A stretch of DNA of 64,000 nt, taken from an uncultured delta proteobacterium. Its GTDB lineage: Bacteria; Myxococcota; Myxococcia; Myxococcales; Myxococcaceae. Location: contig CAVZMH010000016.1 in NCBI GenBank assembly GCA_963776345.1, positions 32,001-96,000 on the forward strand. The letters run 5' to 3'. Below the pieces are notes generated by a model. That model was not told the origin of the DNA and made no database searches. It worked only from the letters and a program-made list of their open reading frames with translations. Below, piece by piece: positions 43,068-52,571 of this stretch (position 1 is the stretch's first letter; each line of letters begins with the position of its first letter). Made by a program: the position numbers and the translations under genes.

Positions 43068-43700
43068 TTAGCGAGCGAAGAACACGACTTCGGCCCCGTT
43101 CCTCGGGGCGCGTACCCCGGTCTGTGGGGGCTTGGTGCTCCGCTCCGCCGCCTCGCGGACCAGCGCGTCCACCACCAGCTCGAGCGCCGCCCAGTCGGTG
43201 AAGACCACCTGGCGCACGGGCTCCTCCGGGGCGACCTGGACGATGCGCCGCATGAGCACGCGGGTCAGCGGGCCATACGCGGGGTCGGTCAGCGCGCCGG
43301 CCACCGGGACCGAGCGCCCGGGCCGCCAGCCGGTCTCGAGCACGAAGTCCTCCAGCACCTTCCGCGTGGCGCGCTGGGCGTCGAGCCGCTCGTCGTCCGG
43401 CCGGTGCACGTCCGTGGCGGCCGCCTCGGTCAGGCTCACGGACAGGAAGACCGTGGGAAGCCGGTCCAGCTCGCTGCGGCGAGCACGGACGAACTTCACC
43501 ATCTCCCGTTCATGGTGACCGAGGTGGACGCTCGCGGCCAGGATCACGGCCGAGTAGCGCTCCAGCGACGGTAGCGCCTCGGTGCGGACGTCCTGGATCT
43601 GCGCCTCGTGCCGAAGGGTGCGGATGCGGTCGGCGACGCGCTCTGCGATGTGCCGGGTGTGGCCGGTGCGGGTCGCGTAGACGACGAGGATCGGTCTCAT
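43068..43700 (-). CDS. Flavodoxin-domain protein (HemG-like)
   Basis: ILVVYATRTGHTRHIAE, FLSVSL, VAGAL, FTDW. Confidence 0.8.
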   Translation of the reverse strand: MRPILVVYATRTGHTRHIAERVADRIRTLRHEAQIQDVRTEALPSLERYSAVILAASVHLGHHEREMVKFVRARRSELDRLPTVFLSVSLTEAAATDVHRPDDERLDAQRATRKVLEDFVLETGWRPGRSVPVAGALTDPAYGPLTRVLMRRIVQVAPEEPVRQVVFTDWAALELVVDALVREAAERSTKPPQTGVRAPRNGAEVVFFAR

Positions 43701-43886
43701 GCCCTTGCCGTGCTGCATCGGGCGTACCCCGGAGATGGCATGGGTTCGCGGGACGCCCGCCTCCGCAAGCCGTGCGCGTCAGGGCCGACGGGTGCGCAGG
43801 CCATGCGCCCGATCGGACCCTGGACGGGGCCTTTTCAGTGCACGCCGGATGCAGTGCAGCCCCCCTGCGCCAAGGAAGGAATTGCC

Positions 43887-45362
43887 ATGTCCGAACGGCA
43901 CGTTGTCATCGTCGGTGGCGGGCTGGCGGGGCTCTCCGCGGGCTGCTACGCGCGAGCCTCCGGGTTTCGCACCACGGTCGTCGAGCACAACATCGCCCTG
44001 GGCGGCGTCTGCACTGCCTGGCCGCGCGGGCAATACGTGGTCGACGGGTGCATCCACTGGCTGACCGGCGGCGCCTTCGCCCCCCTGTACGAGGAGCTGG
44101 GCATCGTCCCCGCGGTGAAGCTCCACGTGCTCAAGGAATGGACCGCCTACCGCGACGCGCGGAACGGCCGGACGCTCCACCTCACGCGGGACCTCGACGC
44201 GCTCGCCAGGGACCTGCGCGCCCTGGCGCCCGAGGACGGCGAGGAGATCGCCCGGCTCGTCTCCGGGGCACGGCGGGTGGCCGAGCTGAAACAGCCCTTC
44301 GATCAGCCCCACCACACCTTCTGGGACCAGCTCGCCGAGTTCTGGCAGATGCGCGAGGAGCTGGGCACGGTGATGCACTTCCGGAAGCCGCTCGCGCTCT
44401 ACGTCCGCGAGCACCTGAGGTCCGACGAGCTCCACCGCGTCATCACCGAGCTGATGCCGCCCGAGGCCCCGGCGCTCTTCCTGCTGATGGTGCTCGGGTA
44501 CCTGGAGCGCGGTCACCTCTCGCGTCCCATCGGCGGCACGGCGGCGTTCCGTGACGCGCTGATCTCCCGCTACGAGCGGCTGGGTGGCGAGGTCCGGCTC
44601 CACTCCACCGTGGACGAGGTGCTGGTCGACGGGCACGAGACCCGGGGCGTCCGCCTCTCGGACGGGAGCTACCTCCTCGCCGACGCGGTCATCTCCACCT
44701 CGAGCATGCCCGAGACCGTGCTCCGGCTCCTCGGCGGACGATTCGGGGGCGACGAGGTGCGCACCCGGCTCGCCCGGTGGCGAACGTTCCAGCCGGTGGT
44801 GCTGACGAGCTTCGGCGTCGCCCTGCCCCTCTCGGACCTGCCGTCGCTGATGGTCGTCGATCGGGTGGAGCCCTTCGAGATCGGCGACGTGGTGAACGAC
44901 TCGCTCTACCTCCGCATCTGCAACGACGACACCCACTTCGCGCCCGCAGGGCACACCGTGGTGCAGGCGATGCTTGGCTCGGACTACGACTGGTGGGCCA
45001 CCCGCGGGGCGCGATACACGGCGGAGAAGGATCACGTGGCGGAGGTCGCGCTGAAGCAGATCACGAAGCAGATCCCCGGCCTGGCCGCGTCGGTGCGGAT
45101 GGTGGACGTGGCCACACCGCTGACCTTCTGGACCAGCGCCCGCGCCTGGCGGGGCGCCTACGAGGGCTGGCTCCCCAGCTCCGAGTCGTTCTTCGGCCAG
45201 GTCAAGAAGACGCTCCCCGGCCTGCACCGCTTCGTCATGGCCGGCCAGTGGGTGGAGCCGGGCGGCGGGGTGCCCACGGCGATCCTCAGCGGCCGGCAGG
45301 CCGTGCAGATGCTCTGCACCGAGCTCGACGTGCCGTTCCGGTTGCCTGCGGTGCCCGAGTAG
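43887..45362 (+). CDS. FAD-dependent oxidoreductase, phytoene desaturase family
   Basis: IVGGGLAGL, GGVCTAW, DGCIHWL, ATPLT, MAGQWVEPGGG. Confidence 0.88.
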   Translation: MSERHVVIVGGGLAGLSAGCYARASGFRTTVVEHNIALGGVCTAWPRGQYVVDGCIHWLTGGAFAPLYEELGIVPAVKLHVLKEWTAYRDARNGRTLHLTRDLDALARDLRALAPEDGEEIARLVSGARRVAELKQPFDQPHHTFWDQLAEFWQMREELGTVMHFRKPLALYVREHLRSDELHRVITELMPPEAPALFLLMVLGYLERGHLSRPIGGTAAFRDALISRYERLGGEVRLHSTVDEVLVDGHETRGVRLSDGSYLLADAVISTSSMPETVLRLLGGRFGGDEVRTRLARWRTFQPVVLTSFGVALPLSDLPSLMVVDRVEPFEIGDVVNDSLYLRICNDDTHFAPAGHTVVQAMLGSDYDWWATRGARYTAEKDHVAEVALKQITKQIPGLAASVRMVDVATPLTFWTSARAWRGAYEGWLPSSESFFGQVKKTLPGLHRFVMAGQWVEPGGGVPTAILSGRQAVQMLCTELDVPFRLPAVPE

Positions 45363-45802
45363 TCAGGCCGCGCCTAGCAGGTGCGAACCGCGGGCCTTCC
45401 CCGCACGCGCTGCGCTCGTTGCGGGGCTTTCGGCTTGTAGAGGACTGTGGTGACCCTCACCACGCGCCTCTCGCTGTTCAGGTCGCCTGCGAAACCGTCC
45501 GGGCGCCGGGCCGAAAGTCGTGGTCGACACCTGAACAGGCACGACCCGCTCGAGGCATTTCCTGAACGGAAGGGCATGTCAGCCGCGCGGCGGCCGCCCT
45601 GCCCCGGCGTCCCAGACGAAGCGGAGGACGCGCGGCTGCGAAGTGCCGCGCCCCCGCGCACTCCACTCTCATGTGGCCCGTTCCTGTCGTTATCGGCTCC
45701 CGCCAGGGGACCGTCACGCTCCCGTGACAGGATGCGGGGGTGGACTTCGACGAAGCGCGCCAGCTCACGGCACGCGCCATGGCTCGGTTCGAGCGGTTCC
45801 TG

Positions 45803-45836
45803 ACCCGGGTTCGCGCCCCGGGCGCGGCGTTCCTCG
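45803..45836 (+). repeat. 34-bp direct repeat, copy 1
   Basis: ACCCGGGTTCGCGCCCCGGGCGCGGCGTTCCTCG; 33/34 identical to 47890-47923. Confidence 0.9.
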
Positions 45837-45839
45837 TGA

Positions 45840-46232
45840 TTGAGGGCGATCCGCACGACGGCCGAGCGACGGCTGGCGGAGCTGGACCGCATCGTGCGCG
45901 ACCATTTCGGCGACCGGTCCAAACCCGAGCCCGTGGCCATGAAGGACCTCCTCAAGCGCGCGCAGTCCGGGAAAGTGGTCGTGGTGGACGCTCGACCGGC
46001 GATCGAATTTGCCGCCGGCCACATCGCGGGTGCCATCTCCGTGCCGGTCGACGAGCTCAAGCGGCGGCTCGGACGGCTCCCCCGAAGCAAGGAGTACGTC
46101 GCCTACTGCCGCGGACCGTACTGCGTCTACGCCGATCGGGCTGTCGAGCTGCTGCGCGCGAGCGGCCGGCGCGCCAGGCGTCTCAAGGACGGATTCCCCG
46201 AGTGGAAGGCCGCCGGGCTTCCGGTGGAGGCG
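45840..46232 (+). pseudogene. 5'-truncated ArsR-rhodanese fusion regulator (HTH missing)
   Basis: AERRLAELDRIV...VDARPAIEFAAGHIAGA...YCRGPYC...GFPEWKAAGLPVE; no N-terminal HTH and no stop at the expected position. Confidence 0.75.
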
Positions 46233-46290
46233 AGGTTCGGCATGAGTCGCGTGTGCGAAACCGCGTGGGTGTGGTGGGGTAAGAATAGAG

Positions 46291-47017
46291 CCCTACCACT
46301 ACTTCGAGACAGGCTGCGCCGCCTATCTCTTCGGCTGTGGGACCTTGGGGAAGTGCGCGGTCGTCGACGCGCACGAGGAGGATGTCGAGGCGTACGCCGC
46401 CTTCGCCGCGTCGAAGGGGATGCGCATCACCCACGTCGTCGATACCCACATCCACGCCGACCACCTGTCCGGCGGCCCGTCTCTGGCCCGGAAGGTCGGG
46501 GCGGCGTACTGCCTGCACGAATCAGCCGACCTCTCGATTCCCTTCGAGCCCTTGCATGACGGTCAGGAGATCCAGCTCGGCAACACGCGGGTGAAGGTCC
46601 TCCACACCCCGGGCCACACGCCGGAGAGCGTCTGCCTGGTGTGACGGACCTGCGGCGGGGAGCCGACCCCTGGTTCGTCCTCACCGGCGACACCATGTTC
46701 GTCGGCGCCGTCGGCCGGCCGGACCTGCCGGGCCAGGCCCGCGAAAACGCCGCGCAGATCTACGACAGCGTCCACGCCAAGCTCCTCACGCTTCCGGACG
46801 ACCTGGAGATCTTCCCCGCGCACTTCTCTGGTTCGGTCTGCGGCGTCGGGATGAGCGGCAAGCCGTCGAGCACCATCGCCTTCGAGAAGCGCTGGAACCC
46901 GCTGCTCACGAAGACCCGTGAGGACTTCGTGAACGCGCTCTCCGACGTGCCGCCGAAGCCGGCCGAGATGGAGCGCATCCTGCGCACCAACCGGGACGCC
47001 CGAAGCCGCGGTCATGA
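46291..47017 (+). pseudogene. MBL-fold hydrolase (persulfide dioxygenase/glyoxalase II-like), start missing, frameshifts near 46640 and 46993
   Basis: PYHYFETGCAAYLFGCG, THIHADH, HTPGHTPES, TGDTMFVG, FPAH. Confidence 0.75.
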
Positions 47018-47889
47018 GCGCCCTCCGGCTCGGAATCCGCGAGAACCTGGCGCAGTTCTCGCTGCTGGTCGTGGTCAACGCGTTCGTCGGCGCGATGGTC
47101 GGGATGGAGCGCAGCATCCTGCCGGCGATCGCGGAGCAGGACTTCCAGCTGGCGGCGCGCACCGCGGTGCTCTCGTTCATCGTCGTCTTCGGCGTGGCCA
47201 AGGCGCTGACCAATTACCTCGCTGGACGCCTCTCGGATCGCTTCGGCCGGAAGCAGGTGCTCGTCGCCGGCTGGGTCATCGCCGTACCGTGCCCTTCCTG
47301 CTGATGTGGGCCCCGAGCTGGCACTGGGTGCTCTTCGCCAACGTCCTGCTCGGCGTGAGCCAGGGGCTCACCTGGTCGACGACGGTGATCATGAAGATCG
47401 ACCTCGCGGGCGCGAAGAACCGCGGGCTGGCGATGGGCCTCAACGAGTTCGCGGGCTACTTCGCCGTCGCTGCGAGCGCGCTGGCCACCGGCTGGATTGC
47501 CGCGCGGTACGGGCTCCGGCCGGAGCCGTTCTACCTGGGCATCGGCTTCGTCGCCGTGGGGCTGGGCCTCTCCGCGCTCGTGGTGCGCGAGACGAAGCAC
47601 CACGTCACGCACGAGTCGACGCTGCGCGGCGAGCTTCCGGCCGGAGGTCGACCCACCCAGCGCGAGGTCTTCTGGCGAACCACCTTGCTCGATCGAGACC
47701 TCTCGAGCGTCAGCCAGGCTGGCCTGGTCAACAACCTCAACGACGGCATGGCGTGGGGCCTCTTCCCGCTCTTCTTCGCCGCCGCGCGGATGACCATCGG
47801 CCAGATCGGGACGCTCGCCGCCGTCTATCCGGCGACCTGGGGCCTCGCGCAGCTCTTCACCGGCGCGTGGTCGGACCGCGTCGGACGCA
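47014..47889 (+). pseudogene. 3'-truncated MFS transporter; frameshift near 47290
   Basis: LSDRFGRK in the first half; coding pattern stops at the second-half motif WSDRVGR, where repeat copy 2 starts. Confidence 0.75.
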
Positions 47890-47923
47890 ACCCGGGTTCA
47901 CGCCCCGGGCGCGGCGTTCCTCG
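47890..47923 (+). repeat. 34-bp direct repeat, copy 2
   Basis: ACCCGGGTTCACGCCCCGGGCGCGGCGTTCCTCG. Confidence 0.9.
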
Positions 47924-47953
47924 CGTCGCTGCCGACAAGCCGGAGAACACATC

Positions 47954-49114
47954 ATGAGCTCCAGCGATCCGATCTACCTCGACCACAACGCGACGACGCC
48001 CGTCCTGCCGGAGGTCATCGAGGCGATGCTCCCGTACCTCCGGGAGCACTTCGGCAACCCCTCGAGCGGGCACGTCTACGGAAGACGCGCTCGAGACGCG
48101 GTCGCGCGAGCGCGCCAGCAGGTCGCGGCGCTCCTCGGCTGTGATGAGGACGAGGTGGTGTTCACCTCCGGCGGCACCGAGGCGAACAATCTCGCCATCC
48201 GAGGCGTGACCGAGGCTCGCGACGATCGAGACCACGTCGTGACCACGGTCGTCGAGCACCCGGCGACGGCGCACCCATGTGGGTGGTTGGAGCGGCACGG
48301 GCGGAGGGTCACCCGCATCCGCGTGGATTCGGATGGCCGGGCCCGCATCGAGGAGGCTCGCGACGCGATCGACGGCGACACCGCCCTGGTCACGGTGATG
48401 CACTCGAACAACGAGACCGGCGTGCTCCAGCCGATCGCCGAGCTCGTGGAGCTGGCGCATGCCAACGGAGCGCTCCTGCACACCGATGCCGCGCAGTCGC
48501 TCGGCAAGGTGCCGGTCCGGGTCCGCGAGCTCGGAGTCGACCTCCTCTCCGTCGCCGGCCACAAGCTCTACGCTCCCAAGGGGGTGGGGGCGCTCTACGT
48601 GAAGCGCGGCACGCCGCTCGTTCCGTTCGCGCTCGGCGCGAGCCACGAGCATGGCCTGCGCCCCGGCACCGAGAACGTGGCTTCCATCGTGGGCCTCGGC
48701 GTGGCGTGCGAGACCGTGGGGCGCGATCTCGACGCGGCAGCCTCCCGGATGCGCGCGCTCCGCGACTCGCTCTGGGAGCTCCTGGCCGCCGCCGTGCCCG
48801 GGATCGCGCTCAACGGCCATCGCGAGCTTCGGTTGCCGAACACCCTCAACGTGCGTTTCCCGCGGGCGTCGGGAAACACCGTGCTCGATGGGGCTCCCGA
48901 GGTGGCGGCCTCCACGGGCTCGGCGTGCCACGAAGGCGACGAGAGCGCCTCCGTGGTCATTCTCGCGATGGGCGTCCCAGCGGAGGACGCGCTCGGATCG
49001 GTGCGGCTCACCCCGGGGCGTAGCACCACGGAAGGTGACGTCGCGCGCGCCGCCGAAGCGCTGCTCCGTTCCTGGGTGCAGGCCGTTGAGAATCGCCGTC
49101 CGGCGCCTGCCTGA
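47954..49114 (+). CDS. Cysteine desulfurase (IscS/NifS-like)
   Basis: YLDHNATTP, FTSGGTEANN, HTDAAQ, GHKLYAPKG, GSAC. Confidence 0.92.
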   Translation: MSSSDPIYLDHNATTPVLPEVIEAMLPYLREHFGNPSSGHVYGRRARDAVARARQQVAALLGCDEDEVVFTSGGTEANNLAIRGVTEARDDRDHVVTTVVEHPATAHPCGWLERHGRRVTRIRVDSDGRARIEEARDAIDGDTALVTVMHSNNETGVLQPIAELVELAHANGALLHTDAAQSLGKVPVRVRELGVDLLSVAGHKLYAPKGVGALYVKRGTPLVPFALGASHEHGLRPGTENVASIVGLGVACETVGRDLDAAASRMRALRDSLWELLAAAVPGIALNGHRELRLPNTLNVRFPRASGNTVLDGAPEVAASTGSACHEGDESASVVILAMGVPAEDALGSVRLTPGRSTTEGDVARAAEALLRSWVQAVENRRPAPA

Positions 49115-49198
49115 TGGAGACGACCGCTCCGGCTGTCACCGGCGCCGCGCAGGATCTGTGCTGGCCCGAGGCCGGTCTCCCGGCGATGAGTGGTCACC

Positions 49199-49696
49199 AT
49201 GCCCGAGCTCCGGATCCTTGCAGTGTGCGGAAGCCTCCAGGCGCGGTCCGCCAACCTCTCGCTGCTCCGGACGGCCCCGTCGGTCGCGCCCGACCAGGTC
49301 GAGGTCGTCCTCTTCGACGCTCTGGGCGATCTCCCGCTCTTCAACCCCGACCTCGAGGAGCGAGGAGCCCCCGCCGCGGTGGACCGCTGGAGACGCGCGC
49401 TCGCCGCCTCGACGGCCGTCCTGATCGCCTCGCCCGAATACGGGCACAGCCTCCCGGGCGCGCTGAAGAACGGGATCGACTGGGTCATCGGCTCGGGCGA
49501 GCTCTACCGGAAGGTGGTGGCGATCACCGCGGCGGTGGGCCACCGGAGTCGTGGCCGGCAGGGCCTCGCGGCGCTCGCCCAGACGTTGCGGGCGGTCGAC
49601 GCGCGCATCGTGTGGAGCGAGCCGATCCTAAGCGGCCCCGGCGCCGAGCCGGAGCTCCGCGCCCTGCTCCGGGCCCTGGTCGAGGGAGTCGCCTGA
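49199..49696 (+). CDS. NADPH-dependent FMN reductase
   Basis: CGSLQARSAN, LPLFNPD, SPEYGHSLPGALKNGIDW. Confidence 0.88.
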   Translation: MPELRILAVCGSLQARSANLSLLRTAPSVAPDQVEVVLFDALGDLPLFNPDLEERGAPAAVDRWRRALAASTAVLIASPEYGHSLPGALKNGIDWVIGSGELYRKVVAITAAVGHRSRGRQGLAALAQTLRAVDARIVWSEPILSGPGAEPELRALLRALVEGVA

Positions 49697-49779
49697 CCTC
49701 CAGACGCCGGAAGCACTCGGCCGGGTGGTCAGAAACTCGAAGGGCGCCCTCGGGGGGCCCTGAGTGCTGAATCCTGCTG

Positions 49780-49852
<73 letters not shown>

Positions 49853-50095
49853 GGGCACTTCAGCGGCTGCCCCTGGGAGGGCGGCCGAACGGCGGCAGGC
49901 TCATAGCGCAGCCGGGCCGCTCGCGCCAGTCCCGTTCAGGCGCCCAGGAGGACCGGCTGCGACGCCTGCCTGCGACCATCCAGGTCCATGCCCCGACACC
50001 TCGAGGCCGGCGCGCCGAAGGCAGCGAACCACCATGCTGCACCGTGCTCGCCGGCGCCGTCGGCAATCGGCGCTCGGGTGCCCCGTCCCTCTGCC

Positions 50096-50596
50096 ATGCA
50101 TCCCCTGCTCCTCGTCTCGATCCTGATCGCCGCGCCCGATGCCGGGCTTCCACCGCGGACCGCTCCGGACGAGGCACCCGCCGCCAGCCACGCCGCCGGC
50201 GTCGATCACCGGGGGGACCAGGGCATGGGCTTCTCCCACGAGCAGACGGCGCACCACTTCACCCTGACGAAGGAGGGCGGGGTCATCTCGGCCGAGGGGC
50301 TCGACGCCGCCGACACCGGCACGCGGGACTCGATCCGCGGCCACCTCGGCCACATCGCCCAGGCCTTCTCGGCCGGAGACTTCCACCTGCCGATGTTCAT
50401 CCACGACCGGATGCCCCCGGGCGCCGAGACGATGAAGCGGCTCCGGACGAGGATCTCCTACCGGATGGAGAGCACCGACCGCGGAGCACGGGTGGTCATC
50501 CGGACCGAGGACCCAGAGGCGCTGGAGGCGATCCATGCGTTCCTGCGCTTCCAGATCGCCGACCACCGGACGGGCGACAGCCCCGAGGTCCAGTGA
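50096..50596 (+). CDS. Exported His-rich hypothetical protein
   Basis: Signal-like N-terminus; GDQGMGFSHEQTAHHF, PMFIH, FQIADHRTGD. Confidence 0.75.
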   Translation: MHPLLLVSILIAAPDAGLPPRTAPDEAPAASHAAGVDHRGDQGMGFSHEQTAHHFTLTKEGGVISAEGLDAADTGTRDSIRGHLGHIAQAFSAGDFHLPMFIHDRMPPGAETMKRLRTRISYRMESTDRGARVVIRTEDPEALEAIHAFLRFQIADHRTGDSPEVQ

Positions 50597-50796
50597 CGGA
50601 GAGCGAGCACGCCGACGGCGGTGACGAGGACGGCCCGCTCGACGGCGGCCACCGCTGATTCAGAGACCGATGCGGGTTTCGCGCATCGTCCAACAGTCGA
50701 CGCGAACCCAGCGAGTCTTCCGGGACCCAGTGAACGCATTTGCGGTCACATGCGTCGAGGTGCGTCAGCCAGAACGGTGAGGACGCAAGGTTCCGG

Positions 50797-51246
50797 TTAG
50801 AGAGGACAACTTCCGGAACAACTGTAAACACCGGCGTCACAGGTGGTCGCCGGCTTGAGGTCTCCACAGGCGACCGTGCACTGGCCGCCGCGGCAATCGG
50901 CGGCACAGGTCTGTAGGGGGTTGCAGCTCACGGTGCAGTCGACCAGCTCCCCGTTCGGGACACAGCTCAGCTGACACGGGCCCGGATCGCAGGTCGGGCT
51001 GCACGTCTGGCCGGACCGCTCGCAGCTGAAGCTGCAGCTCGTCCCCGAGCAGCTGATGACGCAGTCCGAGAGCTCGCTGCAGCCCGCACGGCAGAGCTGG
51101 GCGCCGCAGACCGGATCGCAGCTCGAGGCGGTGCCGGAGCAGATGGCCGTCCCGGCATCGCCGGTGGAGCCCACCACCTCGTCCACCGTGCAGGCCATCT
51201 CCAGCCCGAGGACCAGGGCCGCGCCAAGGACACCGGCCGCCTTCAC
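50797..51246 (-). CDS. Cys-rich lipoprotein
   Basis: EMAC lipobox-like site; dense CxxxC repeats; GTGA overlap with upstream gene. Confidence 0.78.
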   Translation of the reverse strand: MKAAGVLGAALVLGLEMACTVDEVVGSTGDAGTAICSGTASSCDPVCGAQLCRAGCSELSDCVISCSGTSCSFSCERSGQTCSPTCDPGPCQLSCVPNGELVDCTVSCNPLQTCAADCRGGQCTVACGDLKPATTCDAGVYSCSGSCPL

Positions 51247-51998
51247 CGATGCTCCCGGAGCGCGTCGCCAATGCCCGGGAGCTGGATGCTGCGCGGATGG
51301 TCCTGCCGGAATCGCGCGGCGCGCGCCCGGGCCTCGGACTCGCGGCCCTCACGCACGAGAAGACGGATGACCAGCGCCTCGCGCTCCTCTGCGAGCTGCC
51401 CGCCGGGGAACTGCTCCGCGTGGCGGCCGAGCAGGCCCCGTGCTTCGGCCAGCTGGCCCTGGACGATGTCCTGCCGCGCACGGTCCAGCATCGCGCGCTC
51501 TTCGCCGAGGGTGTCCGCGGGCGCCAGCTCCTCGGCGGCGGACGGCTCGGAGGCCGGGGGTTCCGCCGGGCGGGCGACGGGCTGGCGCGCGGGTGACGGC
51601 GCGACGGGAGCGGCCCGGCTCCGGGCGCGCTCCGAGCGGACCTCGAGGTAGGTGGCGGTACCGCCTCCGACGCCCACCGCGGCGGCGATGCCCAGGACCA
51701 GCGCCTTCTTCGCCAGGAGCGTCCCGACCAGCCCGGTCGCGGCAGCGCCGGTGCCTCCCGAGGCCCCGGCCACTCCGCCCGCACCCGCGGTGGCCGCGCC
51801 CGCGGTGGCGACGCTCGCGGCGGCGGCGGTGGAGGTGGCGGCGGTGGCCGCGAGGAAGCCGGCTCCCAGGCCGAGGGTCAACGCGACGCGACGCTGGACC
51901 CTCTCCCTCGCGCCGTCGGGCGGCACGAGCGCCGCGGCGTCCTCGCGTCCCAGCTCGGCCCACCCGGCCGGAAGGGGCTCGGTCAGCCAGTCGCTCAC
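51243..51998 (-). CDS. Putative anti-sigma factor (Ala/Gly-rich TM region, C-terminal TPR-like domain)
   Basis: Coupled to the ECF gene; LGEERAMLDRAR...FPGGQLAEEREAL. Confidence 0.75.
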   Translation of the reverse strand: MSDWLTEPLPAGWAELGREDAAALVPPDGARERVQRRVALTLGLGAGFLAATAATSTAAAASVATAGAATAGAGGVAGASGGTGAAATGLVGTLLAKKALVLGIAAAVGVGGGTATYLEVRSERARSRAAPVAPSPARQPVARPAEPPASEPSAAEELAPADTLGEERAMLDRARQDIVQGQLAEARGLLGRHAEQFPGGQLAEEREALVIRLLVREGRESEARARAARFRQDHPRSIQLPGIGDALREHR

Positions 51999-52543
51999 GG
52001 CTCACCTCGCAGGGCGGCGGTGACCTTCGCCCGGCCCAGCCGGAGCCGGGAGTAGACCGTGTTCAGCGGCACCTCGAGCGACCTGGCGATCTCCGGCACC
52101 GGGATGCCGTCGAGATCGTGCATCACCACCACCGCGCGCTGGTTGATGTCGAGCTGCGAGAGCGCGGCCTGGAGGCGGCTACGGACCTGTTGCGAGGCGA
52201 CCAGCTCGTCGGGGGTCCGCGTCTCGTCCGGACGCTCCGGCTCGGGGTCGGCGACCGTCACCTCGAGGCGGTGCCGCCGTCGCCACTGGGCCGCGATGCG
52301 GAAGGCGATGCCGAGCAGCCAGGGGCGGAGCGGACGCGACGGGTCGTAGGTGCCATACCTCCGGTGGGCCACCACGAACACATCGTGAACCGCGTCCTCC
52401 ACGTCCGCCTCCGGGACACCCAGTCGCCGCAGGTACAGCCACACTGCCTCGAACTCCGCGTCGTACGCCGCCGCGAACATGGCGTCGTCGGGCGCGGCGA
52501 CTTCCGGGGCCAGGGAGGCTGCGGACTGCACTCCCTTCTTCAT
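51995..52543 (-). CDS. ECF RNA polymerase sigma factor
   Basis: DVEDAVHDVF, LRPWLLGIA, EIARSLEVPLNTVYSRLRLGR. Confidence 0.92.
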   Translation of the reverse strand: MKKGVQSAASLAPEVAAPDDAMFAAAYDAEFEAVWLYLRRLGVPEADVEDAVHDVFVVAHRRYGTYDPSRPLRPWLLGIAFRIAAQWRRRHRLEVTVADPEPERPDETRTPDELVASQQVRSRLQAALSQLDINQRAVVVMHDLDGIPVPEIARSLEVPLNTVYSRLRLGRAKVTAALRGEP

Positions 52544-52571
52544 TGTGGGGACCGGCCCCGGTCCGTCACCG

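Noticed and set aside
45474..45538. attC-like site
   Set aside because: Core order is GTT...AAC, the reverse of attC.
46641..47957. Apparent MBL-MFS fusion ORF (438 aa)
   Set aside because: Produced by frameshifts; the middle of the ORF is out-of-frame MFS sequence.
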